64,000 nt of DNA, from the NCBI GenBank assembly GCA_032128875.1, contig JAVLKG010000007.1, positions 298,496 to 362,495 of the forward strand. The letters are read 5' to 3'. How positions within the stretch are numbered: position 1 is the first letter of the stretch; each line of letters opens with the position of its first letter. Origin of the DNA: Candidatus Melainabacteria bacterium 17Bon1m (lineage in GTDB: Bacteria; Cyanobacteriota; Vampirovibrionia; Obscuribacterales; Obscuribacteraceae). This document shows positions 8,954-19,012 of this stretch, piece after piece. The notes under the pieces were generated by a model. The model made no database searches. It was not told the DNA's origin and saw nothing but the letters and a program-made list of their open reading frames with translations. Position numbers and translations under genes: made by a program.

Positions 8954-9210
8954 TTTTCGGACTCCTTTCGTCAGAGTTTTTCAACGAAGAACAGTTGGTC
9001 CGTTGTGACTCGCGTAAGGACGCGCGAGCTGAACAACGGACCGGACAGGCTTTCAGCTAATGGTCGATAGTCAACGCTCGGAGGAATACCCGAGAGAATT
9101 GCCGAAACGATGGTTGGGACTACGTTGTCGGTGTTTGTCTGACTAAAAGCTCCAAGAGTTGAAAGAAAAGAGATACAGCTATGACCCTAGTAGGTTTTAG
9201 GCAATGTCAA
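8954..9210 (-). promoter_or_regulatory. Promoter-like motif and structured 5' leader of the icd operon
   Basis: TTGACA-N17-GGGTCATAGCT (9210-9177); hairpin ggtccgttgt/acaacggacc at 8997-9042; AAGGAG RBS. Confidence 0.55.
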
Positions 9211-9356
9211 GCAATGCTTATTGCCTAATAATTTACGCAAGCCCGCGCGAAACTTTGAAATCTTAGATTTCTGGGTTCACTTAGCTGCGATAGCTCTTTG
9301 AACTGGGCTAAGTTGAGCTGGTCTTAAGAGAGGTCTAGGGTGGGTATCATGTTGGC

Positions 9357-9695
9357 ATGTTGCCAGCCAATCGCGACCCTTCTGAAAACAATTCCGTCGG
9401 TTTTCCGCTTCCCGCTGAAACGCGTCGGCTATCTGTCTCCTTGCGAAATTTCAATGCTGTTGTGGTGGTAATTTTGCTGTCGGTGGCCGTTTGGTATTGC
9501 AACCAAATTCATATCTGGGAACTCGGAAAGGGCACTATTTGGGCATTTTTTTTGCATCGATACTGGGGCATAATCCCAATAGTTTTTGCGGTGTTGCCGG
9601 TAGCGGCATGGAGCGTGCCGATGCTCTATCTGCAAGACAAAGCGCAGAAGAAAAAACTGATCGTTGAATATCGCGATATTCCAAAACTTCGATAA
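9357..9695 (+). CDS. Small two-TM membrane protein
   Basis: Two hydrophobic helices, basic C-terminus. Confidence 0.6.
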   Translation: MLPANRDPSENNSVGFPLPAETRRLSVSLRNFNAVVVVILLSVAVWYCNQIHIWELGKGTIWAFFLHRYWGIIPIVFAVLPVAAWSVPMLYLQDKAQKKKLIVEYRDIPKLR

Positions 9696-9836
9696 ATCCA
9701 GTCATAGGCGTGATCCACACCTAGACTAACCTCCCTTCAAAAGCATTTGATGTTTTTACCGAAAGGCTTCTGAAGGGTCCACCTAACGCAGTTGTGTAGA
9801 ATGGAAATGAGAGCAACGATCGAAGGGTGACGATTC

Positions 9837-10181
9837 ATGTGGCGAACCTCCACACGAGTCCTACAAAGCACAGCCTGCCTTTTGGCTGTTTTGTGCTTCG
9901 TTTTCGTTCGCACAACGGTGCTCGCGCCGCACAATAGCGAGGGCGTGATCAAAGCCTGTGGGGAGATTTTGCACGTTTGCGTGTCCGGCTCTCCAGAGAT
10001 TTTGCTGGACAGCAAGCCGCACAAAATTTCAAAAATCCACTCTCCGATTGGGACTCGAATTCACCATAAACCTGTCGATCAAATCGCAAACCGGTTTGAG
10101 CGATTTCAGCTGTTTTCGAGGGCGAACGTTCTCGAAAGCAAACAGCCGATCTGGCTGATAAATCAAGCTTTGTTGATTTAG
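9837..10181 (+). CDS. Small exported protein or putative regulatory uORF upstream of the antiporter
   Basis: Signal-like N-terminus, His-rich middle, ends IWLINQALLI. Confidence 0.55.
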   Translation: MWRTSTRVLQSTACLLAVLCFVFVRTTVLAPHNSEGVIKACGEILHVCVSGSPEILLDSKPHKISKIHSPIGTRIHHKPVDQIANRFERFQLFSRANVLESKQPIWLINQALLI

Positions 10182-10305
10182 TCACGGTATCAGGAACTGA
10201 AACTAAAGCTGGTGGCATCTTCTCTTTCGGGAGAAGAGAAAACCGTAGGTGGTAACTCATGGTGGCAAAAGAACGCCGGAGTTTAGGTGGACTTAGGAGT
10301 TTTTG

Positions 10306-12363
10306 ATGACGGAACTTGCTCTAATTGGTGATTTGGCTTTGATCTGGATCGTTGCGGCGGTCGCAGGTTATATCTGCGCGCGTCTGAAGATACCGCTGAT
10401 CGCCGGTTATACAGGAGTGGGAATTCTTATTGGTCCACACGGTTTGAAGTGGATAGCCGAACCGGGTGATGTTCATGTTCTCGCTGAGATGGGCGTCGCA
10501 TTGCTTCTTTTCGCGCTCGGGGTGGAAGTTTCACTGCGCCAGATTCTCAAATGTTCTATAAAAGTTGTCGGTACTGCGATCTTGCAAATTGGCTTCACTG
10601 TTCTCGCCGCCTGGTCTGTGGCACGCCTTTTCGGCTTTGCGACCACCCCTGCTGCCGGCATTCTCTTCGGATGGATTTGCGCTCTGTCCAGTACTGTTGT
10701 TGTAACGAAAACCCTGATGGATCGCGGCGAAATCGACGCTATACATGGAAGGATGTTATTGCCTGTTCTTATTGTGCAAGACTTGAGTCTTGTTCCAGTA
10801 ATAGCACTGCTGCCTGCATTTCAAGGCGCCGGTGGAGACAATTTGTCGTCCGTGGTGTTAATTGCGTTGGCAAAAGCTGTTCTTCTGATAGGTGGTGTTC
10901 TCGTAGGTGCATACACTGTCGTGCCGGCGCTTTTGAAACCGATCGTCAAATCACAGCATCGTGAACTGTTCTTACTTACCATATTAGGTTTGTGTCTCGG
11001 TGTCGCAGTAACCAGTGACCGTGCTGGTTTGTCGCTTGCCCTGGGAGCTTTCCTTGCCGGGATTATGGTTAGTGAATCTCCGTATGGATCTCAGGCGCTC
11101 GTTGATGTAATGCCTCTTCGAGACCTGTTTGCCGTCGTGTTCTTTGTATCGATCGGTATGTTGTTGAATCCCGTGTTTCTCGCCTCACATGTTGTCGAAG
11201 TGTTGGCATTCGTTGGATTGCTTTTGCTGATGAAGGTCATCATTGGCACCGCCAGCGCGTTTTTGTCTACTAGTAATTGGTGGAGCGCGCTTCTCTTCGG
11301 TGTGGGAATTGCTCAGATCGGAGAATTCTCCTTCGTGCTGGCGATGCTTGGCTATCAAGCAAAACTATTGGAAGAGTCGCTCTACAACCTCTTTTTCGCT
11401 GCTGCTGTTGTAACCCTGGTTCTGTCTCCGATTCTTATGAATGCTGTTCCAAAATTGCTGGGACGTTTTGCATCTGCCAAGGCGCGGCAAGAAGCTGGTG
11501 TCACGGGCGATGGCGTCGAAGAGCATGGATTGAACCTGTCCGGGCATGTAATTATTTGCGGCTTTGGCAGAACTGGACGCAATTTGGGCTTGGTCTTGAA
11601 CGGAGTGAATATTCCCTATGCAGTTGTTGAATTGAACGCCAGCATATTGGAAGAACTCGACGCCGAAGATATTCCTCACGTATTTGGTGATTCGGTCAGT
11701 CACCTTGTGCTGCAACGTGCCGGTCTTCTCAGAGCAAAGGTTCTCATCATTACGGTTCCTGATCCACTTGCTGCACTCACTATCAGTAATATGGCTAGAG
11801 AAATGAATCCGGATGTGAAAATTATCGTGCGCGCTCACCGCTCCGAAGATATAAATGTCTTGCGTGCGGCTGGCGCAAATGCTGTGGTACAGCCAGAGTT
11901 TGAAGCGAGCATCGAGATTTCTCGTCTGACTCTTATGAGTTTGAACATGGGCGATCCAATTATCCAGAGAGCGCTGCAAGATGTTAGAACCCAGCGATAT
12001 CGGCTGTTTCAGCCGGATGTGGCCGAAGCTTCATTGGCTCAGCTCATCGGGTTTGCGCATGATGAGTTTATTGGAACCTGGTTTGTCGTTTCCAAATCTC
12101 CAATTGTTGGGCAGAGTTTGCAACAGCTGGACATCCGCCGCCTGACGGGCGTAACTATCTCTGCTGCGCGCCGAGGCAACAATCTTGTCGTGCATCCTGA
12201 TCCGACTTTCGCATTGGCTGAGGGCGACGAATTGTACGTTGTTGGAACGCAAGACCAGCTCGTAGAATTCGAAGACACGTATCAGATAACGCGCTTCTGC
12301 CCGACATCCGAATATACAAGTGATGAGATCAGCCCATCTCGCCTGTTGCTGGAAGAAGCGTAA
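10306..12363 (+). CDS. CPA2 cation/H+ antiporter (KefC/YbaL-like) with TrkA-N and TrkA-C domains
   Basis: LAEMGVALLLF, ALSST, LIVQD, LGAFLAG, AQIGEFSF, IICGFGRTG, C-terminal RCK_C. Confidence 0.92.
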   Translation: MTELALIGDLALIWIVAAVAGYICARLKIPLIAGYTGVGILIGPHGLKWIAEPGDVHVLAEMGVALLLFALGVEVSLRQILKCSIKVVGTAILQIGFTVLAAWSVARLFGFATTPAAGILFGWICALSSTVVVTKTLMDRGEIDAIHGRMLLPVLIVQDLSLVPVIALLPAFQGAGGDNLSSVVLIALAKAVLLIGGVLVGAYTVVPALLKPIVKSQHRELFLLTILGLCLGVAVTSDRAGLSLALGAFLAGIMVSESPYGSQALVDVMPLRDLFAVVFFVSIGMLLNPVFLASHVVEVLAFVGLLLLMKVIIGTASAFLSTSNWWSALLFGVGIAQIGEFSFVLAMLGYQAKLLEESLYNLFFAAAVVTLVLSPILMNAVPKLLGRFASAKARQEAGVTGDGVEEHGLNLSGHVIICGFGRTGRNLGLVLNGVNIPYAVVELNASILEELDAEDIPHVFGDSVSHLVLQRAGLLRAKVLIITVPDPLAALTISNMAREMNPDVKIIVRAHRSEDINVLRAAGANAVVQPEFEASIEISRLTLMSLNMGDPIIQRALQDVRTQRYRLFQPDVAEASLAQLIGFAHDEFIGTWFVVSKSPIVGQSLQQLDIRRLTGVTISAARRGNNLVVHPDPTFALAEGDELYVVGTQDQLVEFEDTYQITRFCPTSEYTSDEISPSRLLLEEA

Positions 12364-12375
12364 AACCATTCTGTT

Positions 12376-12429
12376 GTAGGCGAGCCGCATGCGGCTCCCT
12401 GAGCAGGAAGGCACATGTGACTCCCCTAC
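12376..12429. repeat. GTAG-type REP doublet
   Basis: gtaggcgagccgcatgcggctccct ... ggcacatgtgactcccctac between convergent genes. Confidence 0.7.
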
Positions 12430-12442
12430 TTTCGCTTATGAT

Positions 12443-13636
12443 TTAACCGCCGAGATACTGGCGGGCGCATTCTGCCAATAGTGCAGAACCCAGCGGCAGT
12501 GCGTTTTCGTCGATGTCGAATTGCGGGGTATGAATTGCACGCGGCGAATCTTCGATTTTGGTTCCGAGGAAGAAGAAGGCGCCGGGTACAACTTGCGACA
12601 TGAAGCTGAAGTCTTCCGCGCCCATTTCGTAGTTGGATTCGATGACGTTTTCCTTGCCCAGAATGCGGGCTGCGACCGAGCGAACGACGTTGTTTATCTG
12701 CGGATCATTGGTGACCGCCGGATTATCCTTCGTGCGCTTTATCTCGAAAGAACCCCCCATCGCCTCAACAACTGATAACGCTTTCTTGAGTTCTTCAAAA
12801 ATCAATTCGCCGATTTCGTTCTCGAAATAGCGTGAAGTGCCGATTAGTTGAACTTCTTCGGCGACAATGTTTGGTCGATAGGTAGTGCTCTTGATGCCGC
12901 CAAACGTGAGAACAGCAGGCTCCAGCGCGGATTTCCTACGCGATATCACAGTCTGAATCGCTTGTACTGCCTGGGCTGCAAGGATAACAGCGTCGATGCC
13001 ATATTGGGGATAAGCGCCGTGAGTGGGAATGCCTCGGATGCTGATTTCGAAGGTGTCGCAGGCAGCGAGCATGGCTCCGTCTTTGACTTTGATTTTGCCG
13101 ACCGATGTCTTGGGATCGCAATGCAATGCGAAAACAGCATCTACATCGTGCATGCAGCCCTGCTCGATCATCAATGTGGCGCCTGATTTGCCGTCGTCGT
13201 TGACCATTTCCTCGGCGGGTTGGAAGAGGAAGCGGACCCGTCCGTTTTTGGGAGGGTCTTGAGCCAAAAGCATTGCTGCGCCGAGTGCGCAGGCTGTGTG
13301 AGCGTCGTGACCACATGCATGCATAACGCCGGTGTTCGATGAGCAATACTCTTTGGGGTTCTCTTCTGTTATGGGAAGCGCGTCCATGTCGGCTCTCAGC
13401 GCGACTGTTCGTCCGGCGCTCGCATCGCCGATTTCGGCGACGACGCCTGTGCCGCCCACCCCGGGTCGCACATCGTAGCCTAGTTTGCGCATTCTATCTG
13501 CGACAAGTTTGCCCGTATTTGCTTCGTCGAAACTCAGCTCGGGATGCTTGTGGATGTGGCGGCGCAGTTCGACAATTTCGGACTTGAACTTCTCGACCTG
13601 TGAGAGGACGGGCGCTTGCTCGACTTTGCTTGACAT
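12443..13636 (-). CDS. M20D family amidohydrolase
   Basis: HPELSF, LRADMDALP, MHACGHD, FQPAEE, GAEDFS, HTPQFD. Confidence 0.93.
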   Translation of the reverse strand: MSSKVEQAPVLSQVEKFKSEIVELRRHIHKHPELSFDEANTGKLVADRMRKLGYDVRPGVGGTGVVAEIGDASAGRTVALRADMDALPITEENPKEYCSSNTGVMHACGHDAHTACALGAAMLLAQDPPKNGRVRFLFQPAEEMVNDDGKSGATLMIEQGCMHDVDAVFALHCDPKTSVGKIKVKDGAMLAACDTFEISIRGIPTHGAYPQYGIDAVILAAQAVQAIQTVISRRKSALEPAVLTFGGIKSTTYRPNIVAEEVQLIGTSRYFENEIGELIFEELKKALSVVEAMGGSFEIKRTKDNPAVTNDPQINNVVRSVAARILGKENVIESNYEMGAEDFSFMSQVVPGAFFFLGTKIEDSPRAIHTPQFDIDENALPLGSALLAECARQYLGG

Positions 13637-13812
13637 TGGCGTGTACAACCTTCTATCGAACGCGTTGACGCGTTCCTCAGGGACAAACCCGCAGATCATA
13701 CACCGCGCGCTGGCAAAGGATACGTGGTTCTTGATAATGTGAATCAATAGGCGCACCCGGTGGTATAGGAATACTGGGGGCTATTCGCTTTGCGGCTGGG
13801 GGGAGACTGGTT

Positions 13813-14427
13813 ATGGTTAAACGTGCTTTGTCGGGCGGATTGTTTGGTCTGGCGGCTTGTTTGTTAATCGCTGGCGCGGCTTTTGCGCAAGGAGCGCCCG
13901 GGAACACCGGCGGTGGTGGGGGCGACGACCTGAATGCTCGTATCCACAGGCAGTTTCAGCGCATCGAGCGGGGAGTGAGAATCGGAGCGATTAACGCTGA
14001 TCAAGCAAACAAGCTCAAGGCCTCCGTTCAAAGTTTGCAGGGGCAGGTGGCCGCAAAACGGCAAGCGGACGGATCTTTGAAGAAAGAAGATCTCACGCTT
14101 TTGGAAAATTTGTTCAATCAAAACAGCAACATGATTCATTCGACGATTGGCGCCGGAGAGCACAAGGCTGACGGCTCAGCGGCTGTCGGACCAGCTTGGA
14201 CACCCGGAAAGGATGGGGCGCAAAACTCGCAATCGTTGCTCAAGGAAATGAAGATTGAGAACCGCCGTGAGTTGCGTCAGGAGCGCCAGGCAATCGAGCA
14301 AAAGATCGAGCAACAGCAGCTAGACTACGAGCATAAGATGATCCCTGAACTTGCCAATCAAAAGAAAGCAATCTTGAATGGCAAACAGCAGTTGAAGGAC
14401 ATCAGGAAAGAACAGAACGCCAATTAG
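13813..14427 (+). CDS. Secreted coiled-coil hypothetical protein
   Basis: Signal peptide ending AFA-Q; Q/E/K-rich helices. Confidence 0.75.
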   Translation: MVKRALSGGLFGLAACLLIAGAAFAQGAPGNTGGGGGDDLNARIHRQFQRIERGVRIGAINADQANKLKASVQSLQGQVAAKRQADGSLKKEDLTLLENLFNQNSNMIHSTIGAGEHKADGSAAVGPAWTPGKDGAQNSQSLLKEMKIENRRELRQERQAIEQKIEQQQLDYEHKMIPELANQKKAILNGKQQLKDIRKEQNAN

Positions 14428-14460
14428 GAATTCAAAAAACTGCTTAGATAATTTCCGTGC

Positions 14461-14829
14461 CTACTTTTCTGCAGGCGCAGAAGATTCCTGCTCTGTAGGG
14501 CTTTTCTTCATCGTATCTTCTACTGAAGCATCTTCTTTTCCAGCATCTTCTTTTCCGGCTTCTTCTTTTGTCGGTTGTTCAGTGTCGATTGCGGCAGGTG
14601 TCTCAGTTTTTGGCTCGGTGCTCGAATCGGTCTTTTCTTCGGTCTTTGTTGCTGGTTGTGTGACTTTTGCCGGAGACGCTTCGTCCGAATGTTTCGTCTG
14701 ATGGTCCTGCCAATACTGCCAAAGTGATACCATCAGCAGTGGCGTAAGAATGAGAGCCGAGACAAGTAAAATTTCAACCCACAGCGGGAAGCCGCGGGGG
14801 TGAAGCTCGGGTTGGTCGAATTTAGTCAT
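14461..14829 (-). CDS. Membrane-anchored protein with low-complexity acidic tail
   Basis: One TM; KEEAGKEDAGKEDAS repeats. Confidence 0.7.
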   Translation of the reverse strand: MTKFDQPELHPRGFPLWVEILLVSALILTPLLMVSLWQYWQDHQTKHSDEASPAKVTQPATKTEEKTDSSTEPKTETPAAIDTEQPTKEEAGKEDAGKEDASVEDTMKKSPTEQESSAPAEK

Positions 14830-15227
14830 TTTCTTCTTTGGTGCAGGGCGCCTGGCGTAACCTCAAGTCTACATTCCTTTGCGTCATTCTGAGGAAAAGA
14901 TCTCGAACTTTTGCGCGTATTAGCTGAATTTGAACTCTTACAATTGGTGGCTTTTTTGTGCAATACTAAAACGCATAGTATGTATGACGTAAACAATGAA
15001 AAAGGCTGAAGGGGGTCAATGGGACGAGATTTGCAGAAACGCTGGCACGAGAGAGAGTGGGGTTTTGATTCCGACTTTCTCTCGTGTTTGCGCACGTTGC
15101 TTATACCGATTGGTGCAGACTCCAAGAACAAGCCGCGAAGAAGCACCAATTGCTTGATGATTCATTCGCAGCTTGGCTTGGGCGAGAAGTCAGAGTGCAG
15201 ACGACATTACGTCAGACCAGAGCCGAA

Positions 15228-15539
15228 TTACTTGCGGTTCTTGTCGTCGGTGTCGTCGCCAGGCTGACCTGAATTTCTGTCGTCACGGTTGGTACCGTCA
15301 CCGTTTTCCCCATCGCGATTGCGCGGGCGGTTGGCACGAGCAAGCGCACCAGCGAGCTCATAGAGCCCCCAGGTGCTGAAGATCATGACCACGAACGCCA
15401 GCTTGATGCAGTCGACTGCATAAGCAACTGCATCGCCGCCGGTACCGATTGTCCAGAGGACACCGAGACCGAAAGCCGGACCCATGATGGAGATTGTGAC
15501 GATAAGACCGTAGAAAAACGATTGCCAGAAGCGATTCAT
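15228..15539 (-). CDS. Small two-TM membrane protein with C/G-ending codon bias
   Basis: AAGGAG RBS; two TM; D/N/R-rich tail. Confidence 0.7.
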   Translation of the reverse strand: MNRFWQSFFYGLIVTISIMGPAFGLGVLWTIGTGGDAVAYAVDCIKLAFVVMIFSTWGLYELAGALARANRPRNRDGENGDGTNRDDRNSGQPGDDTDDKNRK

Positions 15540-16517
15540 AACGGTGCTCCTTCAGTTTATGGAAGCGCATGGATATGCGTTCCTATCAGCCGTTTTCGAA
15601 ATTGCGGCCGATTGGTTGTGTAACTAGCTACCGCGAGACTGCTACTCGTGATCTCAAATACTTGGTCTTGCCAAAACGCATCTTCAATCCGACGAACAAC
15701 ACCGGGTCGCTTTCGCGGCCGTAAGGTAATTGCTGGCAGGAGAAGAATTTGGCTGGGAAGCTGGGGGTTTGGGATCAAGAGGGGTAGTTAGAAAGCAATC
15801 CGAGGTTAAAACTAATAAGCAACTACGATCAAGAACTCATGACTGAAGCCTAAAAAGGCCGTTTAAAAATGTGCACGGTGCAAGTCCTAGAAGGTGCAAC
15901 CGGCTGGGCTCCTGCTTGGTTGGTGAAGAAGTAGCGCAACTGATGGCAGCGAGTTGAGAATTAGCGCGGCTCGTAGACGGACTGCTTTGTGGTTGTAATG
16001 AGTTCTTCTGTAATTGGTTTTGAGTTATCAACATCGCTTCTTTTGGAGAGTTGGCTGTCGATGACGACCGATGACAAGAGGTTGTGCGAGCCTTGTAAAC
16101 CATGACAAGCTCGTTATTTCAAGGTTTCAAAACCAATTCGTAGGCTCCGTCAATGCCTAGGACTTTCAGTCACTATCAAAAATTTTCGTCGAGAATTCAT
16201 TTTGTTTTGGGAAGCTGTCGACTTTGAGTGACGTGCCATCACAATTGGTGCTGATAATGTTTTGATGCGGTGGCACATTCGCACTGTATATGGTGGTTGA
16301 TCATAAAAAGATGGATGTCAGTATGAAAAACGCGGGAACTTTGTAAACTGCCATATAGTCAACGCTTTCAGCCCTGTTTGTATTCGAAGTGGTACCGCCG
16401 GTGCCATCGCGAAAATAAAAAGGATAGACGGTTGATTTTTTATACGACATCATTATGATAATGTTTTAGAATCTTGCAAAAAGAAATTCTGTTTAGCGCC
16501 ACTAGAAGGAGCGATCG

Positions 16518-17237
16518 ATGAAGAGGACAGGTCTTAACGCAATCGTCGCGGGTGTTCTGTCCATTGGACTGGTTCTACCTGCGGTAGCACAAAGCTACAA
16601 CGGTCAACAATTACAAGGACGTGTTACTTATGTTCCAGCCGGAACATCTGTTGACGCAGTACTTACAAGTCCAATCGACAGTGGAGTCGCCAAAGCCGGC
16701 GATCTCTTCAGTGCTAAGTTGTATACCCCGATGTATCTTGGTACCGACCTGGTGCTTCCCGGCAACACGGCTCTCGAAGGGCAAATGGTATCCGTCGATA
16801 AGAGCGGATTGGCCGGAAGCAACGGCAAAATGACCCTGAGACTGACCGGTGCTGTTACTCCTGATGGAGTCAGATATCCGTTGTCTGCAGTTATTACTGC
16901 AAACCAAACAGCTTCGGTTGTACATGAAACAAAAGATGGTCAAAGTCTCAAAGGCAGAACCACTTCCAGCACCGTTAAGAGCGGCGTTGTAAGAACCGGT
17001 CTTTGGACCGCAGGCGGTACCTTGCTGGGTATCTGCTTCGCGCCGATCGTCGGTGGAGCAGTCGGAGCCGGAGCTATCGCTGGTGTCGCAACTGGTGGCG
17101 CAGTCGGACTGGGAAGCAACTTGTGGCGTAAGGGCAAGGATGTAAAAATCCCAAGCGGCACACGCATCCAATTCGCTCTCGATCAGCCGATGTCGCTTAC
17201 TCAAAGCGTAGCCGGCGGTCCTGCGAACTATCGTTAG
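16518..17237 (+). CDS. Secreted protein, VirB10/TrbI-like beta domain plus glycine zipper
   Basis: VPAGT..LTSPIDS..GD.F, GAVGAGAIAG, KGKDVKIPSGT; AAGGAG RBS. Confidence 0.75.
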   Translation: MKRTGLNAIVAGVLSIGLVLPAVAQSYNGQQLQGRVTYVPAGTSVDAVLTSPIDSGVAKAGDLFSAKLYTPMYLGTDLVLPGNTALEGQMVSVDKSGLAGSNGKMTLRLTGAVTPDGVRYPLSAVITANQTASVVHETKDGQSLKGRTTSSTVKSGVVRTGLWTAGGTLLGICFAPIVGGAVGAGAIAGVATGGAVGLGSNLWRKGKDVKIPSGTRIQFALDQPMSLTQSVAGGPANYR

Positions 17238-17294
17238 GAACGTGACTTCAGCATATTGAAGTCTGTTAGGTTAGGGGAAACAGGTAACGAGGGA

Positions 17295-17444
17295 TCGAAA
17301 GGTCCCTCGTTTCTTCTTTGGGCGTGGTGGCGCATCGAAAGGCCCCTCGTTTCTTCTTTGGGCGTGGGGGCGCGTTGCACGCGCCCATTTTTGTAGGGGC
17401 GATGCCATGCATCACCCGGCGGGCGGCATTAATGCCGCCCCTGC
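17295..17444. repeat. Direct duplication plus REP cluster
   Basis: atcgaaaggYccctcgtttcttctttgggcgtgg twice; palindromes at 17364-17386, 17393-17417, 17421-17444. Confidence 0.75.
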
Positions 17445-17475
17445 AGCTGAGAGAGGCTATCAACCGGACGAGCTG

Positions 17476-17526
17476 ACTTCTTCGAAATTACTTTTTCGAA
17501 ATTACTTCTTCGAATCTACTTCTTCG
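17476..17526. repeat. 14-bp tandem repeat, about 4 copies, overlapping the stop codon of the TPR gene
   Basis: acttcttcgaaatt / actttttcgaaatt / acttcttcgaatct / acttcttcg. Confidence 0.8.
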
Positions 17527-18667
17527 CTTTGACAGCTGCTGTCTTTGGTGCAGCGGCTTCCTTGAGCGGGCGCAGTGACGGAAGAGCAGCTTTGTCTTGA
17601 GTCTTGACCAGTACGGCGACTACTTCGCGCAGTTTCCCGTCGTTTTTCATTTCCTGGTAGGTCTTTGCCAGTCCAATGTTGAAAGCGGTGTTTTCGGTCG
17701 AACCTGTGTATTTCTGTGCGCCGCTTTTGAATTGGAATTCTGCCTGCAGATAGTGCTTTGCTCGCAATTGCTTGCATGCTTCACGGTACTCTTTGACCCA
17801 CTGATCTGGATTGTTGGCGTCTTTGTCATTCCATCCGCAACCGCACGAAACGCCACCGGTCCCACCTATTTCCAGCTTTGCGCCACCGTCAGTCACACTT
17901 ATTTGAGGTGGGGATTTTTTCCAAAGAGAGTTCAAATCTGTAACAACTTGCTCTTTGACGAAAAATTTTGCAAGTGCTCTTTCGGCCTTCTTCATCTCGC
18001 TGGAAGAGCCTTCTGCCTTTGCTTTGGAAATAGCCTTCAAGTACCAAGGTTTGGCTTCGTCATACCTTTGCTGCATGGCATACCACTCACCTGCTCCTAG
18101 CAATTCTGCCGAAAAACATTGCCCAACTGATTCGTTCTGTTTCAGTGTTTCCTTCAACAAATGCTCTGCCTGTGAGATGTTGTTCTCCTTGGTGTAGCAC
18201 TCGATAAGATCGAATTTTAGTTTGTGTTTGACGTCATACTCGCTGGCAAGTGGGATCAGTTTTGCAAGCAATTCTTCTGCCTTTTGATAATCTCCCGCTT
18301 GGTAGGCGGCTTCAGCATAGCCTGTTAGCTCGTTCTTGTATTCTTCGCTCAAATGGTCGCCGAGTGATTCACGAATTGCCATGACCTTTTTGAAATACTC
18401 GATCGATTGCTGTCGGTCCGGTGTGTTGCGCAAAAGTAAAGCCAATGCGCTTAAAAGTGGCAGGGTGTCGCGATCGGATGCATGTGTTTCTTCCAAATGT
18501 TGCAAGTGTTTTTTCAGCATCTCGACAGCTTGTTTGTCGAGTTGAAGTTCTTTCTCTTCGTAAAAAAGTGAAGGTTTTTGCGGCGCCATACCTTGTGCTA
18601 CCGTCACTGTTGTCGCTGTGTTTAAGCAGATCGCGGCAATCAGAGTATGCAGTAACAATCGTCGCAT
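17516..18667 (-). CDS. Secreted TPR-repeat protein
   Basis: Signal peptide; YQKAEELL, YDEAKPWYLKA helical repeats. Confidence 0.8.
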   Translation of the reverse strand: MRRLLLHTLIAAICLNTATTVTVAQGMAPQKPSLFYEEKELQLDKQAVEMLKKHLQHLEETHASDRDTLPLLSALALLLRNTPDRQQSIEYFKKVMAIRESLGDHLSEEYKNELTGYAEAAYQAGDYQKAEELLAKLIPLASEYDVKHKLKFDLIECYTKENNISQAEHLLKETLKQNESVGQCFSAELLGAGEWYAMQQRYDEAKPWYLKAISKAKAEGSSSEMKKAERALAKFFVKEQVVTDLNSLWKKSPPQISVTDGGAKLEIGGTGGVSCGCGWNDKDANNPDQWVKEYREACKQLRAKHYLQAEFQFKSGAQKYTGSTENTAFNIGLAKTYQEMKNDGKLREVVAVLVKTQDKAALPSLRPLKEAAAPKTAAVKAKK

Positions 18668-19012
18668 CGAAAACTCCTGGGTTGAAATAATTTGGGAAGG
18701 TTTCAAAACCAAACTGCCAGAATGCCACTGTATACGGTGGCGGATGGGGATTTCGCGTTTATCTGACGGGCCGTCCCATCTCTGTCGACCAATGATATGC
18801 CACTTTTTCTTCGATTCACTGTCAGATTAAATTTGGGAATTTCCCTACGTACTTCCACGATAAGACAACTCGCCAACAGGCTTGACTTTTGGTACATTGT
18901 CAAGCACCTAAAAGCTCCTTGCGATTATTCCATTTGTTTTCGGCTATCCAGCTGCGTTGAACCTCACAGTTCGCGCCTGGGTCTATGAAACAGTTTTTCG
19001 AGACTTATCTCT

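Noticed and set aside
10182-10305. c-di-AMP (ydaO) riboswitch upstream of the K+ antiporter
   Set aside because: No recognisable ydaO consensus; only one clear hairpin
15837-16103. 88-aa Ser/Gln-rich ORF
   Set aside because: No clear RBS or family motif; cannot be supported, though a small protein is not excluded
17295-17526. Direct repeats as a CRISPR array
   Set aside because: Only two adjacent copies, no unique spacers, no cas genes
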